NCBI GenBank assembly: GCA_965112155.1
Contig: OZ218104.1
Strand: one strand, 5' to 3'
DNA: 64,000 nt
Source of the DNA: Podarcis liolepis
Lineage: Eukaryota
Position numbers and translations under genes: made by a program
Shown here: positions 1-12,560 of the stretch, piece by piece
Numbering within the stretch: the stretch's first letter is position 1
Layout: the number at the start of each line of letters is the position of its first letter
The notes under the pieces: model-generated
What the model saw: the letters and a program-made list of their open reading frames with translations, nothing else
What the model was told of the DNA's origin: nothing
Database searches by the model: none

Positions 1-128
1 CCAGCACAGAAATCCAGCATCATCCCTGGCAGAGGCCTGGTCAGGCGGAGCAGGCTTTGGTTCTGCCCCACGCTCCCCTGTGTTCTCAGAAGGCAGTAGC
101 AGGCCTTTGCCTAAGTCCTCTGAAGTCT
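1..128 (-). CDS. ZFHX3: ZFHX3 start of large coding exon (exon 9 equivalent), runs off the window edge
   Basis: ctctttgtttctttctccacag|AGACTTCA; encodes (E)TSEDLGKGLLLPSENTGERGAEPKPAPPDQASARDDAGFLCW, cf. ZFHX3 ETSEDLGKNILPS...REDSGFICW. Confidence 0.94.
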
Positions 129-1078
129 CTGTGGAGAAAGAAACAAAGAGGAGACCATGAGAGCCGTTGTCAGCCATAGACACATCCTCTGGGCTATTTA
201 AGGATTCAACAGCTATATGCTATTCATCTGGACATGTTGGGACCTCTCACCAGACTCTTCTCAAATGGATCAAGGGTGAGCACCCCAACCTTCTCCTTTT
301 CTCACCAGAAGAACAAGATGCTCTCCTTCATGCTATCCTCTGTCTTGGCTCTGCCTTCACACGAACCTCTCTCTTCCCACTCAAAGCTCAGGCCTCACCT
401 ACTTCTGCTGCCTTTATGCACACACTATGAATGTGTGGTGCTTATTCAACAGCGTTTTATAACGCATGGCACCAAACTGGCAGAATGTAACACCTAGTAA
501 TATGTCAACCATACTGCAATTAAGACTGCTGGAAAGGGGCATGAGGGAGAAGGAGAGCAAGAAGGGCATTCCAGGTCATTTTTCATTGTGTGTGTGAAAA
601 CACAAATATGTTCCCGGTTAGATGATGGAGATCTGAATGCACTAAAAGCTCCCCTCCCAACATACACCCAGAGGCGACCTTCGCTAAACTTTCATAATAT
701 GGTGTTCTGTACAAGGCCAAAATTTGGTGCTCCCAAATGGAACCTCGATTTTGCACCCCCTAGGCTTGATGCCCTGTGCAGGGGAACCACCTGACCCCCT
801 AAATATGGCAATGATACACCCTTGGTCATGCACCAGACTCACAGAGTTCCGCCTGCCTTTGGCTCAAGCACCAGAAACTCAATTTGGGCCTGTAGACCAC
901 AGAAAGACTCGCCTCTGCTGCCAAACAGGCTAAGTATCATCACCCACTCAGAGTCCCAAAAAGAAGGTGCAGAATGCAGAAGAGCTCAAACATGCCAAGA
1001 GTCACTTCTAGACTCTGGAGCATCTGAAAGCCCTGAGGAAAAAGTGCCTCCAACTGAGCAATTAAAGTCGGTACTGAC

Positions 1079-1181
1079 CAGGCTGCTTGGCTGACTCATC
1101 CGTGCTGGTGTTCCCATCTCGATCTGGTGTTGCAGCTGGAAGAAACATACTGCTAGGCATCATAACCTCTGGGGTTGTCAC
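1079..1181 (-). CDS. ZFHX3: ZFHX3 coding exon (exon 8 equivalent, 103 nt)
   Basis: ctacag|GTGACA...CAGCCTG|gtcagt; encodes [34 protein letters not shown] (too short for the ORF track); phase 0-1. Confidence 0.95.
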
Positions 1182-2692
1182 CTGTAGATACCCAAAAGAG
1201 AAGCAGAGAGGCAAAAATGTCTTTAAAACTTTTAATATGTTGTCAGTCTTGAGCCCCTACACAGACTGGTGTTTAAATCAGCCCAAAATGTTCCCACTGT
1301 TACATTTTGGACATAATTAGGGGCACATTTTCAAAGAATAGTATTATTAATATTTTCCTTTATGCTCAGCTCAGTCTTTGATCATTGATAATGTTTTGTC
1401 ATAGCTGTGAAAGTTCTTACGCAACTGATTAGGTATGTTGAAAGGCCCATCTTTAGTGGCTGAAAAAGTAAGGAAGCTCTTAATTAAACCACATATTGGA
1501 AACCTCATTGCAGTTTTGAACCAGGAAGGGCTGTAGTAGCACTATTTTCAAAATGGCTTAATACAAAAAAAGGAGGAGCTAGAAAAGGAAAGAGAGATGT
1601 GTCAAGGGAGGCAGGAGAAAGATAAATGGAAGGGACAGCAGATTGTCTTTGGCAGGCAAAGAAGAAGCTTCAGCCTCCCTTTCTGCACATCAACAGAAAA
1701 AGCAGCAACAGCACAGCCCTCCTCTTCACTTGGGCTCAAAGAACAAGCAAGATCTCTTGATAGCAAAGGCCAGAAGGTCAACGTTGAGGAAAACACACAA
1801 CCATCCACATTTGTTATGGCTGAAAAGAATACAATGAACTGAATAGGCACCCATAAATGATGATAAAAAGGGTCTACGTTAGGAGCAAATGTAGGTCCCT
1901 ACACAGGCATGCAAAGATCATCATGTACTCTTGAAAATATTGGCTGTCGCATTCTGATGATGAAGTTGAGATCATAGCTGGGATGGCCACAATGGCTGCC
2001 TTCTGATGATGCACTTCTGCAGAAAGGAAGCTCTGCTAATTTCTAGCAGGAGCCATCTCCGGTTGTTTGGCGAACAGCAGTGCCTTTGCTGGGCCTGAGC
2101 CGGCAGCATCAGTGGCACACATACAAGACGGCACTCAAAAGCAAATGTTACCAGAATGGACAGCAGCCATTTTGCTCACTCAAACAAGAGTTCTGTAGGC
2201 TGCAGCAGTGATGGGAATAAGCAGATCCAGAGTTAGAAATCATTATATATGGGCTTGGAAAATAAAATAATAGGCACCATTATGCCATTAAATAAATCTA
2301 TGCTGCAACCATATTTAAAGTCACTATGTAAAGTTCTCCCCTGTCCAATGACATTTAGTGTTTATTTCATTTAGCAAAATTTTTATACTGCTTAATAAAA
2401 AACAATCTCCAAGTGGTTTATAGAAGCATGTAACGAAGTCAATAAAAATAGCAATTAAACCAACTTTAAAAGTAGAAGATAACAAAATTAATAAAATATA
2501 GGTAAAACCTTAGAGCTTTTAAAAACAAAACAAAACAAATGAACATAATTAAATTATATGTCGTTGTAGACTTGCTTAAAGGTGTTTTTTTTTTAACCAG
2601 TACAATCAAAGCACCTGGCTCAGATTAACATTGTAGGCTGACTCCAATAGATGATGATGATGATGACGACGACGACTATTCAGTATATTTAT

Positions 2693-3071
2693 TGTTGAAT
2701 GGTTTCTTTAAATGTAAAGGTTCATCATTGTTCCACTCCATGTGTATGTCTTTAAGGGGCCAGAGCAAGGGCCAGAGCAAGATAACGAGACCCAGCTTTA
2801 CAGCTGTGAAACATAGCAGGTGCTGCTGAGTTGTATTTGATTAAGGTGTGTCAGCATTTGGGTAGAGTATATAAGGAGCAGCATCTAGCTCTCCCATTAC
2901 CCTGGGGGATGGGTTGGTGGTTGGGTCTGGTTTGTTGATGTATTTAGTGTAAATGGAGTTTTTGTTTTTCTTATTAAAACCTTCTTTAAGTTATTTTTGA
3001 GTCCCTTCTTTTTAATGCATGGTCTCCCCAGCAAGCTCTCTGCAGCGTCACTATACTGCAAAAAGCCAACA
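2693..3071 (+). mobile_element. Probable solo LTR (~380 bp)
   Basis: TGTTG...CAACA termini, internal TATATAA (~2868) and ATTAAA (~2973) in LTR order; no clean TSD. Confidence 0.5.
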
Positions 3072-3635
3072 TCTTTATCTCGCCTTTCTTACAGAATATC
3101 AATTATAAAATAAAATACATAATAATATCATGGCTCGGAGAAGCAGAGTCTCTTTAAGGAAAGGCTGCTAAAGCGTTCAACTTTTTAGTTTTTTGGGGGG
3201 GAGATGACTAATCACAAGTGGCATGATAGGGGTAATGAATGATAGGGTGGGGAACCTCCCCCACACGCCAAAAAAATTCTAGAAATCTGGGTCATACTCT
3301 CAAGTTGATTGGCAATAGATCCAAAACTGACACCAATGAAGTATTTCTTCAAAGAACACCTACTGAGCTGAAGGAATTCACAGCCTCATGATGTGGCAAT
3401 GTTTCCTTCTTTGATGGCTTTTTAAAAAGCATTAAATGAATTCATGAGCGGGATGTGTCTGTATGTCTGTCCATGGTGGTGGTTGAGAGGCAGCAGCAAA
3501 CTAAAGGGTGGCAATGAACAAGGGGTGGCTGCTCCTACTCCCGAGGGTGCTTCAATGAGTATGAAAATGAGTATGAAAACTACAGGCAACTAGCTGGAAA
3601 AAGAATTATGGGAAGATGGCCGGTGTCCTGAACCC

Positions 3636-3819
3636 TTACAAGTGAGCAGAAACAAAGCTGATGTATGAAATTATTTAATATAAGGTATAAAGACAATTTA
3701 AAAACAGACAATATGTATTTATTTGTTTTCAAAGTAGAAACATACATATTGTCTCTTTTCATCTTTTGACCTTCTATTAAATCATTTCATACATCAGATT
3801 AGTTTTTCCTCATCTGTAA
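3636..3819. repeat. AT-rich imperfect palindrome (old MITE-like hairpin)
   Basis: CTGATGTATGAAATTATTTAATA pairs with TATTAAATCATTTCATACATCAG; AGACAATATGTAT pairs perfectly with ATACATATTGTCT; outer arms TTACAAGTGAG/CTCATCTGTAA also pair. Confidence 0.75.
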
Positions 3820-4989
3820 AATGTCTTTTTTTTCTATCATCCCAACTTTTTTCATCTTTGACCTGAATGCAAAAGTCCATTCTTGTCTTACTTTATGAAA
3901 CACACTCCCTCCTGCTCCAAACACACACAATTTGGAAAAGTGAGTATGAAAACTATTGGGAACAAGAAACTCCTTGTTTGCTTGAGCACAAAATAAAAGA
4001 CGGACACAAAACTGATCCAGTGGAAGGCTTTCCCTTCTTTTTGTGAAAAAGCAAGTACTCTGCTTTACAAAGACTGGCTGATGCCTCGGGGCTCTGACTT
4101 GGGCTACATAGGTTACATAGAGACACCCCACTTTTCATTCATTTGTAGAAAGGAGAAAGCTCTAATCCTTGTCTTCAGTGTTAGTTTTTGTCTCAAGTAC
4201 AATTGCCCTAAAGGCCAATATGCTCTCCCTCAAACTGGTTTCTGTATATTCCTATTGTAACTGTTCTGCCTATTTGGCTTTGACAACCACTGAAGGGCAC
4301 TACTAGTATCCACTGACTAGTTATACCCATGGCAAATTCACATAAGTAAATGCCCAGTGAGAAGGAGGAGGCCTGGAGTCAGTGGACCTGGGAAGCTGCA
4401 CAGAGGGCTTTTTCCAGGGATCCTGGCTACACACCATGTAGAGGCCATACAGGAATGAACAACTCCTGTCTCTGGAGGGAGATGAACCAGGAGGGACAAC
4501 AAGTCCCCTCCAGCATTCCTGTCCATTTTCAAGGCTGTACCATCCCCTATGGAGAGATGGGGCTCAGAGTAGCCCCGAGGGTAGGATTTGAGAGATGAAG
4601 GAAGTGGGAAGAGGAAAGACAACAGGAAGGAACAACAAGTGCCACTCTTAGCACTATCAACAGGACAGGCACTTTCTCTTCCTCTACAGAAATTATGAAA
4701 ATAATTCAAAAGAAAGTGTGGGGGAAAGGCCCAGCGGAGTAGAAAAAGAATAATGTTATCTAACCTAAGTTGCACATTATTACAGCAAATCATGGTCTTT
4801 CCCCACAAAACTAGGACGGTAGCCACCCCCACTACCAGACTCAGTACGATGGATCAGTAATTGTTTTCATACACTTTAATTAGAAAAACTGAGATGGCTA
4901 CGAATAATAATGGAAAGAGAGGCTTTTGCACTTGAAAGGTTGAAGTCAATCAAGTGTGAATGACGGCAAAACCAAAAAGAGAGGAGGGG

Positions 4990-5029
4990 GAGAGAGAGAG
5001 GGAGAGAGAAAGAGAGAGAGAGAGAGAGA
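4990..5029. repeat. (GA)n microsatellite
   Basis: Directly visible imperfect GA run. Confidence 0.9.
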
Positions 5030-6808
5030 CACCAATTCATCAAGCGTCTGTTGTCTTGCCGCGTCTTTAATCATAATTCCTGATTGGGATTCAAGAAGGC
5101 AGTAAGCAGCGATTCTTTGTCTGCCTTCACCTTCCGTCAATTAACTCTCCCTGAAATATAATCATCAACCTCACGTGCTCCTCTGCATTTCAATCTGCTG
5201 CTGCAAGCCAACCAGTTCTTCCTTTCTTCCCACCTTAGGTGTGCTTAACTCATTCCCTTTCTCTAGTGGCATACTGCCCACCCCCCAAGCATTTAAAGGC
5301 AGGAGGCTGAGATGGGGAGGGATGCTCCAAGGACCAAAGGGCCCTGTTAAGAAGTGACTTGAGCAACACCCCAGGTGTCATTTCAGCTCCCTCAAGGACA
5401 TGCTTCTCAGCAAGCAGTAGTCATGAGTGGAGAGCTACAGATCCTTTTAACAAGGAACACCAGTTCTGCTCAGAAGAGGTGACCAAAGCTGGCTTAACCT
5501 TATTTTGTTCACCAATGGTATCAAGGGATTTATGCCTGGAGGGAGCCAAGCTGGTGGAAAGCAAACCAGTGTGCAGCCCCTTCCTTGTTGCTTCCAAATG
5601 GCATGCAAGAGCCTTAATTTCTGCCCGTGGCCCACTTTTGCACTACAGATTGCAGCATTGTGGCATGTCCACCTGCCCCTTCTACTTGACAATGCCCTGT
5701 AGTTTAAGCTACCAGTGTGGGTCTGAGCATTGCAAGATCCCAAATGTCAGCTGATACCCAGCCCAGGTGTTCCCCTATGCCTTCTCCGAAAAGAGACACT
5801 ACCCTAGGCAGTGAGAGGAATGAAGAAAGAGAGGAATGAAGCCCATTCCTCTACTATCTTCTTGTATCAGACCCCATTGTCAGTTCAGGCACTCCCTGCC
5901 CCCTACAACGGCTGGAATCTAATTGGTCCAAAATGAAACCTCCAGCAAGAGTCTGACTGAGAAGACACATTAACATCTCCTCTGTCCGTGCAATGGGGGA
6001 GGGGGGAGTTGTACAAGACGAGGTTCCAGAGCCAGACAAAGGAGGCAATTTCCATTACAAAGAATGAGAGGGAGAGCGGGCAGGAGTGTGTGTGCTGGAG
6101 AGAAAAGCTTCATTAGGCTCAGAGAGGCAAAGCGATGGCACTATACCAAGGTCACTTCTAATTTAGACCATCTAATTGGCAAACATGGCTCCAAATGGCT
6201 ATCATCTCACAGGGCTCAGAATTAATGAAGGCCGATTATTTTCATTACCTTCATCCGAGATGGGGAATGAGACGGGGGGGGGGGGTGAGATGAGGGAGAA
6301 AAGAGGATGACCGAATGACAGTGGAAGGGAGAGAGAGACACACAATGGGGAGAGGAGAAGATGCAAGTAGGGAGAGAAACAGCACCAGAATGCAACTGGG
6401 GAGGAAAGACAGATGAATGATGGAAGGCAAGAAAGAAAAAGAGCTTTTTTACTGCCTTCAGCCCCTCTGATGATTCTGCCAAATCAACAGTCCTACGAAA
6501 AGTGAATCAGCCACAACACTAAAAGCTGGGGGATAAGTCAGTGCTGAGCATAGAGAAGGCAACACACCATCCCCAATCAGAACTGCAGCAGCAGTTTTGG
6601 TCTTCACAACCTCACCCCAACTCCAATCGCTGATCAGCTGGTGTACAACACCCCTCTCATAATTGCCCTTGCCCCACAGACAGTAGTGCAGCACAACAGG
6701 CCTCTGACGAAATGGGGAGAGGACTCCCCTGCTATTGTTGACAGGGAAAGAGGGGGGGCACTGTGGAATACCCAGATACACAGCACACCATGGTATCAGT
6801 AAGTAGCT

Positions 6809-6822
6809 GTTGCTATGGCAAC
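6809..6822. promoter_or_regulatory. RFX X-box motif GTTGCTATGGCAAC
   Basis: One base from the canonical palindrome GTTGCCATGGCAAC, extended by CT/AG flanks; function not shown. Confidence 0.5.
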
Positions 6823-7559
6823 AGTCATATTAAACATGGCAGGTTCCTGAAAGGCACATGATTAAGATTAACAGAAGCCTCTCCCAGCCCCAGTGCAAAG
6901 GCCAGAGAGGGGCCCTCACAAGAGCTCTGAAGGGACCCTGCCGTTCTAGGAGCAGCATCCTCTTGCCAATCTCTTGGGCAGACTGATGTCAGGAAAAACT
7001 CAAGACGACAAGTAGCTGGGGCAAAGATCAGAATGCGCTTTCAAGCAATCATGAGTGACATTCTGGGAGAGCCTTGGAAGCAAAAAGGCTCTTTCATGCC
7101 GAGGCTGGGTCAGCAGCAGCAGCTTATGGGACTGGGAGGAGAGCTCTTCTGCTGCCTAGGTAAGGTCGCCCTCAACTGTTTATAATAGTGCCATCAGTGG
7201 GCATGGCACCTAACGGTCACAAACGCAAAATGACAGGTTTAGAACGTGGATTTCAAGAGGGAATATGGAGGAATTTGGGGACAGAGTGGATGAAGACACA
7301 CAAAGACAGTCACATGTACTACTTGGGATTCCCTGTAGTGGTGTGTGCACAGTAAGGACTTAAGCCAAACGAGGGAAGAAAAGCCCTGGAGAGCTCTAAA
7401 GATAAAGGCAAGACACTTGTGCTGGATATGGTACTTTGCTGCTGGATTTTGAATAGAGATGAAAGAACTGGTGAGGAAAGGGAAGGCAAAGTCAAGGCAA
7501 AGGGCAATCAGAGCAGAATCACCAAAAGGGACTTAAGAGGAAGAGGCAAGTTTGTGCAA

Positions 7560-7915
7560 TAGAAAAACTTTGAACAAAAAATGTGTAGGCCATTTAGACA
7601 AGACAAAAGAAAGCACCTCATCAGATAATACATAATTAGCATGTGGAATTTCCTACCACAAGATGTGGTAACAAGTGGACACTAAGCTTAGATAGTTTTA
7701 AAAAGTGATAAATGCATGGAGGATGCATCTTCTATTAGGCATGTCAGCAGAATGGAATCCCTATGTTCAGAGGCAGTCTACCTCTGAATACCAGATCCGG
7801 ACAAAAGCTCCATGACCTTCTTGGAGGTTCCAGAGGCATCTGGGTGGTCAGTGTCAGAAAGTGGGCTTGGCAATAAAGGACCCCAGTCCTATCCATCAAA
7901 GCAGTTCTTCTGGCC
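7560..7915 (+). mobile_element. CR1 LINE 3' fragment (degenerate)
   Basis: tttagacaagacaaaagaaag...tggaatttcctaccacaagatgtggta...gaggcagtctacctctgaatacca resembles the CR1 3' end also at 49500-49845. Confidence 0.6.
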
Positions 7916-7949
7916 TCAGTCCTGTGGGACCAGCTCACTTGCCTGAGGA

Positions 7950-8110
7950 GCTTAGAAAGCTGCCTTATACCAAGTCACACCATTGGTCCACTGAGTTCAG
8001 TATTGTCTATACGAAGTAGCAGCAACAACACTCCAGGGTTTCAGGCAAGGAATATTCCCAGGGTTTGAACCTGGGATACCTTCTGCATGTAAGAAAATGT
8101 GTTCCCCTGG
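7950..8110 (-). mobile_element. Squam3-type tRNA-derived SINE (degenerate)
   Basis: Reverse complement matches the copy at 46055-46240 (gaaagctgccttatac...agttcagtattgtcta...gggtttgaacctggga). Confidence 0.65.
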
Positions 8111-8633
8111 CCGGTGATGTCACAATAAGCTTCAGCCTTGTCTCCCTGCTGCACCCTACTTGTAGCACACTGTGCTAAAGGAAGGCCCAATTCCTACTTT
8201 TGTATTGCTGGCCCAGGTCACTACTCAAGAGGTGGCATTTCAACAGTGCCTGGTATCTGCTTGCCTACTGGCAGGTGTGTTGAATGTGGGCAATTCACTG
8301 AAGAGGAGGAGCAGGATCAGGAGGAGGAAGGGAAGAAATAATGCAGGCAAGATAGGCCTTCTGGGGGCGGGGAACATTTTCCCCATTGAGGGCCACATTT
8401 TATTGGGGGTAATCTGTCACGTCCATCAGTGGGTGGGGTCACCCGCGTTTTCTGCCACCACCACTCTTCATTCTCCTACCTCCCCAGGTGATTGCCAGGG
8501 TGGGATGGGTTGGTTTTCCAAGAAGTCAAAACCAATTGCTCGCAGGGGACTTTATTTCCTCCTTGCCTCTTGCCCTCCCTTTCTTTGGCTGAGAGGTGCA
8601 GGCTGCCCACCCAGGCTGCCCATAGGGACTCAC

Positions 8634-8834
8634 CGTCAAAATGAGCTTCTCCACACAGTCCGGGGAGACGCTGTGGAGGTGAGTGAGGTGCAGCTGCAGG
8701 TGGATCTTGTTGCTGAGCATGTCCTGGCAGAGAGGGCACCGAAGCATTGGCTGGACCGAGTGCTGAGTCATGGCATGGACCCTCAACCGGTTGACATCGG
8801 TGTTACTGTACTTGCAATATGGGCACTGATATAC
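8634..8834 (-). CDS. ZFHX3: ZFHX3 coding exon (exon 7 equivalent, 201 nt), two C2H2 zinc fingers
   Basis: ctccag|GTATAT...TTGACG|gtgagt; encodes [67 protein letters not shown]; phase 0-0. Confidence 0.97.
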
Positions 8835-9032
8835 CTGGAGGACAAGAAGACATCACAAGCTTTGGCAGAATAAAGCCTTGATAAGGTCAGGCTGCAGGAC
8901 AGGTGTCTTCCTCCACCTTTTTAATACCCTTTGAAACACACTGCCCATTTCCACAGTAAGAATAATAAAAAAAACCAATTTCACTATGAACTGCCTTGTG
9001 GGCCCAAGTGGATTTAAAAGTTGAATATAAGG

Positions 9033-9068
9033 ATGGATGGATGGAAAGGAAGGAAGGAAGGAAGGAAG
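9033..9068. repeat. (GGAT)n(GGAA)n microsatellite in the 283-nt intron
   Basis: Directly visible. Confidence 0.85.
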
Positions 9069-9117
9069 TTGAGCCATGACTTCGCAGAAGCAAGTGCCAG
9101 TTGCTCCAGTGTCTCAC

Positions 9118-9248
9118 CTGCTCCAGCTTGGTCTCATCTGATGTTTTAGGCCATTTGGTGACAGGCGACTCAGAGCTTCTTGGAAAGGAGATACGTTTAG
9201 AGGATGCTGGGGACTCTGTCAGCTCCTTTTCAGCTGGGGTAACATGTG
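9118..9248 (-). CDS. ZFHX3: ZFHX3 coding exon (exon 6 equivalent, 131 nt)
   Basis: tttcag|CACATG...GAGCAG|gtgaga; encodes (A)[43 protein letters not shown], cf. ZFHX3 [24 protein letters not shown]; phase 1-0. Confidence 0.95.
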
Positions 9249-10294
9249 CTGAAACAAACAAACAAATAAACAAACAAATAAATAAATAAATGGGACAGAA
9301 ACAACTGCATGACTATGTGACACCTCAGCTCTGGAAGAACCTGGAGGCAAGAACGGCATCTATGAATTCCTCACAGATGGCCAAGCCTCCCATTCTGCAC
9401 TGCTCCTCAATTCCATTCCTTTACACAAACATGCTCTGAATCTTCATTCTGAATTACTTTTGAAGCGTTGGGATGCAAATCATCATCATCATCATCATCA
9501 AAATCGGGTCAGTGCCTGCATGCCAGATATGTGCTACAGCTGTGGAAAACCTGAAACCAGCATGCACTAGATTACCTCAAGATCCCTGAATAAACCTGTA
9601 TAAGCCCTTAGATCACCTGGGGAAATTCTACTTATGGTACCGCACCCTAGAGAGTATCATAGGGCAGTGATTCAAAAAGGGCCATTTGGCCCAGGCTTTC
9701 TAGGCACTTTTTTTTTACTTGAATCCCCTCAAATTCCTATTTTTGTACTACTGTTTTGTGAGTTTTATGTTGCGTTTTTAATGATATGGTTCATTGGAGA
9801 TTTTAAAATTATAAGTGCTTTGTAAATGCTTTTAAATAAATAAAATAAAATATGTGCTGGTTGGTGCTTTCTCCCTGCAATGCCCCTGCAACATTCTAAT
9901 CTCCCCACTGTTTTTTTAGGGGGAGGAAAATGTCTCAAAAAATGTCCCTTTCCATTTTGACTAAGAACCATTTTCCTTCCATGGACCAATGCAGCCAGAC
10001 TGTGGGTGAGCCCATCTGAGTCACACATGCTACAACTTTACTCTTCAGTCACCCCTGCATGCTTCATGTCAATAATCACTCTCCAAGCCTGATTCCAGGA
10101 TAACACTGATGTTCATTAGTGCTTTTGGAATTACTCCGGTGAATGAACACAGGCAGACAACATAGCAAAGCTAAAACTCGACATGGATTTCTAATGCAAT
10201 TTGAGTCAACAAAGGGAAGGGCACGGCAGACTCCCCATGTAGTTGGGATGGTGGGGGGATGGGACACACAAGACAATCACATCATCTACCTCAC

Positions 10295-10755
10295 ATTGCA
10301 TCAAACATGCACATAACACCAGTGCTCAAAAGCTTGCACCGGCTGCCCGCACGCTACTGGGCCAGCTTCAATGTTCTTGTGTCAGTTTACAAGGCCCATA
10401 ATAACTTGGGCCCAGGATACCCCAGGGACCACCTGATCCCTTATGTTCTCACTCAATCTCTGATGTCTTTGGGGGAGCCACATAACCCCCCATGGTGTGG
10501 ATGCATGGGTCATAACCACAAGGAGCAATGCATTCATTATTGTGGGTTCAATTATTGTGGGTTCAGTTTTGATATCACCATTGAGATCAGGCAGGCCCCT
10601 TCCACGTTGAACTTCCAGGACTTATGGAAGACTTTTCCCCCAGCAGGCTTGAATTCTTATTTTATAGTTTTTAACTCCTTTTTAGTCTCCTGTACACTGC
10701 TCAGAGAAGACTCTGATTACGCAGTATACAAATGGTTGAAATAAAAAATAAATAC
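10295..10755 (+). mobile_element. L2 LINE 3' fragment
   Basis: ORF 10259-10744 contains HITPVLKSLHRLP...YKAHNNLGPGY, the L2 ORF2 C-terminal motif; A-rich tail. Confidence 0.8.
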
Positions 10756-12039
10756 CTCCTGCTGCAATTTAGAGATAGGCATACAGGCTTTCATTGATGC
10801 CAAGATAAGCTCCCTCACCATTTCCTCTCTCTGTCTCTTTAAACATAGCAAAACTGGCCAGACTGGTCACACATACCCATAGAAACACCAGAAAGGCAGA
10901 ATGAACACCATTCTGGTGTGTTCCAGGAAGTTGATGCTCTTCCCAGAATGCCCGCCTTATGACCTTTGAACTCTGTACCCTGGAGCACATAAATCTGCAG
11001 GGCATCTATTATTTAAAAACTACAAGGACAAGCATATTACACCTAGCCCCCCTGAACACACACATTCAGAACAGTACTTTAATCTGTCTCGAATCGACTT
11101 CAAACCCATTTCACCCTTAATGGGAGTTATTCATTTTCACTTGAAAGGTAATATATGACAGCTGGATATTTAACATGATGGATTGGCTGCCGATTAACTA
11201 AGCGGTTTAACGCTTCTGGCTTGCTCCCCCCCCAGCCCCCCCTAAAGATGCAAGGAAGATTCTGATGGGGGAATTTGTTCAAAAGCCACAAAAGAGGACC
11301 CTGCACAAAGTTAAACAGGCCTGAAACCACGGCTCCCAGAGGCACCACTGATTCACCCCATTGCTCCTCCAACCAGATAAGGGAACTAGGGCTCCTCCAC
11401 AACTATGCCAACATTACACACACACACACACACGCCTGACTCCTACTGCCTTAACCACTATCACCATCCCTGTTAGCAAGGGAGGCAGGGTGAAGCCATT
11501 TGCAGAAGCAGGAGACCTTCGAGCTAAGGATAGGGGCAATAGAGGAACAAAGGTTACAGGCAGGAATATATCAGGATATACATTGCTGGGCTGTTACTGC
11601 TACAATAATTGCATATATTATAAAATACAGAGGTGCACACTATATTTCATTAGACTTCTGATGAGAAGTTATTTCATCAAGTCTACCCAGTCATATAGTT
11701 CTGCAATCTAGGTTGGTTTTAAAAGATTTACTGATTTTATCTGAGATTTTTTAAATCAATACTTAATTTTTTTTTTTTTTGCAATTTTAGATGTCTTATT
11801 GATAATGTTATCAATATTACATTTCTACTATTTATATTACAGAGTTTAGTGATTAAGTGATTTATAAATCTTTCTAAAAGGAAAGAAAGAAATGGGTTAT
11901 AATGTTTAACCGTGTTTTGTGTATTTTAATGACATGCTGTCTGTTAAGGGTATTGGAAAAGCTTTTGGGGTTATGATGCAACAAAAAGTGGTCTATGAGC
12001 ACAATAAATCAATAAATAATATGTAAGATCAGAGAGTTT

Positions 12040-12560
12040 GGGCACAGTAAGCCCAGTGCGTTTGTGGTAGATCTAGAAAAATGGAGGAAGCTAGGATGGT
12101 GGTGTAAGATGTATGTATGGCTGAACAAGTCTGTGCTCCAAGTTCTGGACAGAAGTAAAGTGAATAAAAGCTGAGACATGGCTGTTGTGACCAAGACAGG
12201 AGGTGACCATAGCATGAGCCAGAGTCAGATTTCTCGCCAAGAAGGCAGAGGAAAAGGGGCACATTTTTGTGATGTTGTAAACTGTGGAACAGATGTGACC
12301 TGACAACAGGCTGAAGAGGGAGGAGTCAAAGATCAAGCACATGTCAATGGATATGGAGTAGAGGAGGATGAGGAGAGGGTTTTTTGGGAGTGATGAGAAG
12401 TTAGGTTTGGGACAAAATGGGTTAAAGACAGTGATGAAGCATCCAAGCAGACCACAGGGGGACCTGGGGTAGAGAGGTAGAGCTGGGTGTTATTAGCCTA
12501 TGGATGGTACTGAATGGCATAGGATTGTACAAGATCAATCAGAGACTGTTTTGTATAAAG
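12040..12560 (-). mobile_element. Old L2 LINE fragment
   Basis: Purine-rich degenerate sequence; tagagctgggtgttattagccta is a decayed reverse complement of the YADDTQLY motif. Confidence 0.55.

Noticed and set aside
3555-3960. Recurrent GAGTATGAAAA as a CRISPR-like array or snoRNA
   Set aside because: Only three short, irregularly spaced copies; eukaryotic intron; no convincing C/D or H/ACA architecture.
8172-8873. 233-aa plus-strand ORF
   Set aside because: Largely antisense shadow of ZFHX3 exon 7 plus intron; non-ATG start; no recognisable domain.
10537-10566. Short tandem duplications (ATTATTGTGGGTTCA twice; also ~2757-2780, ~49143-49171)
   Set aside because: Slippage duplications inside decayed TEs; no sign of function.
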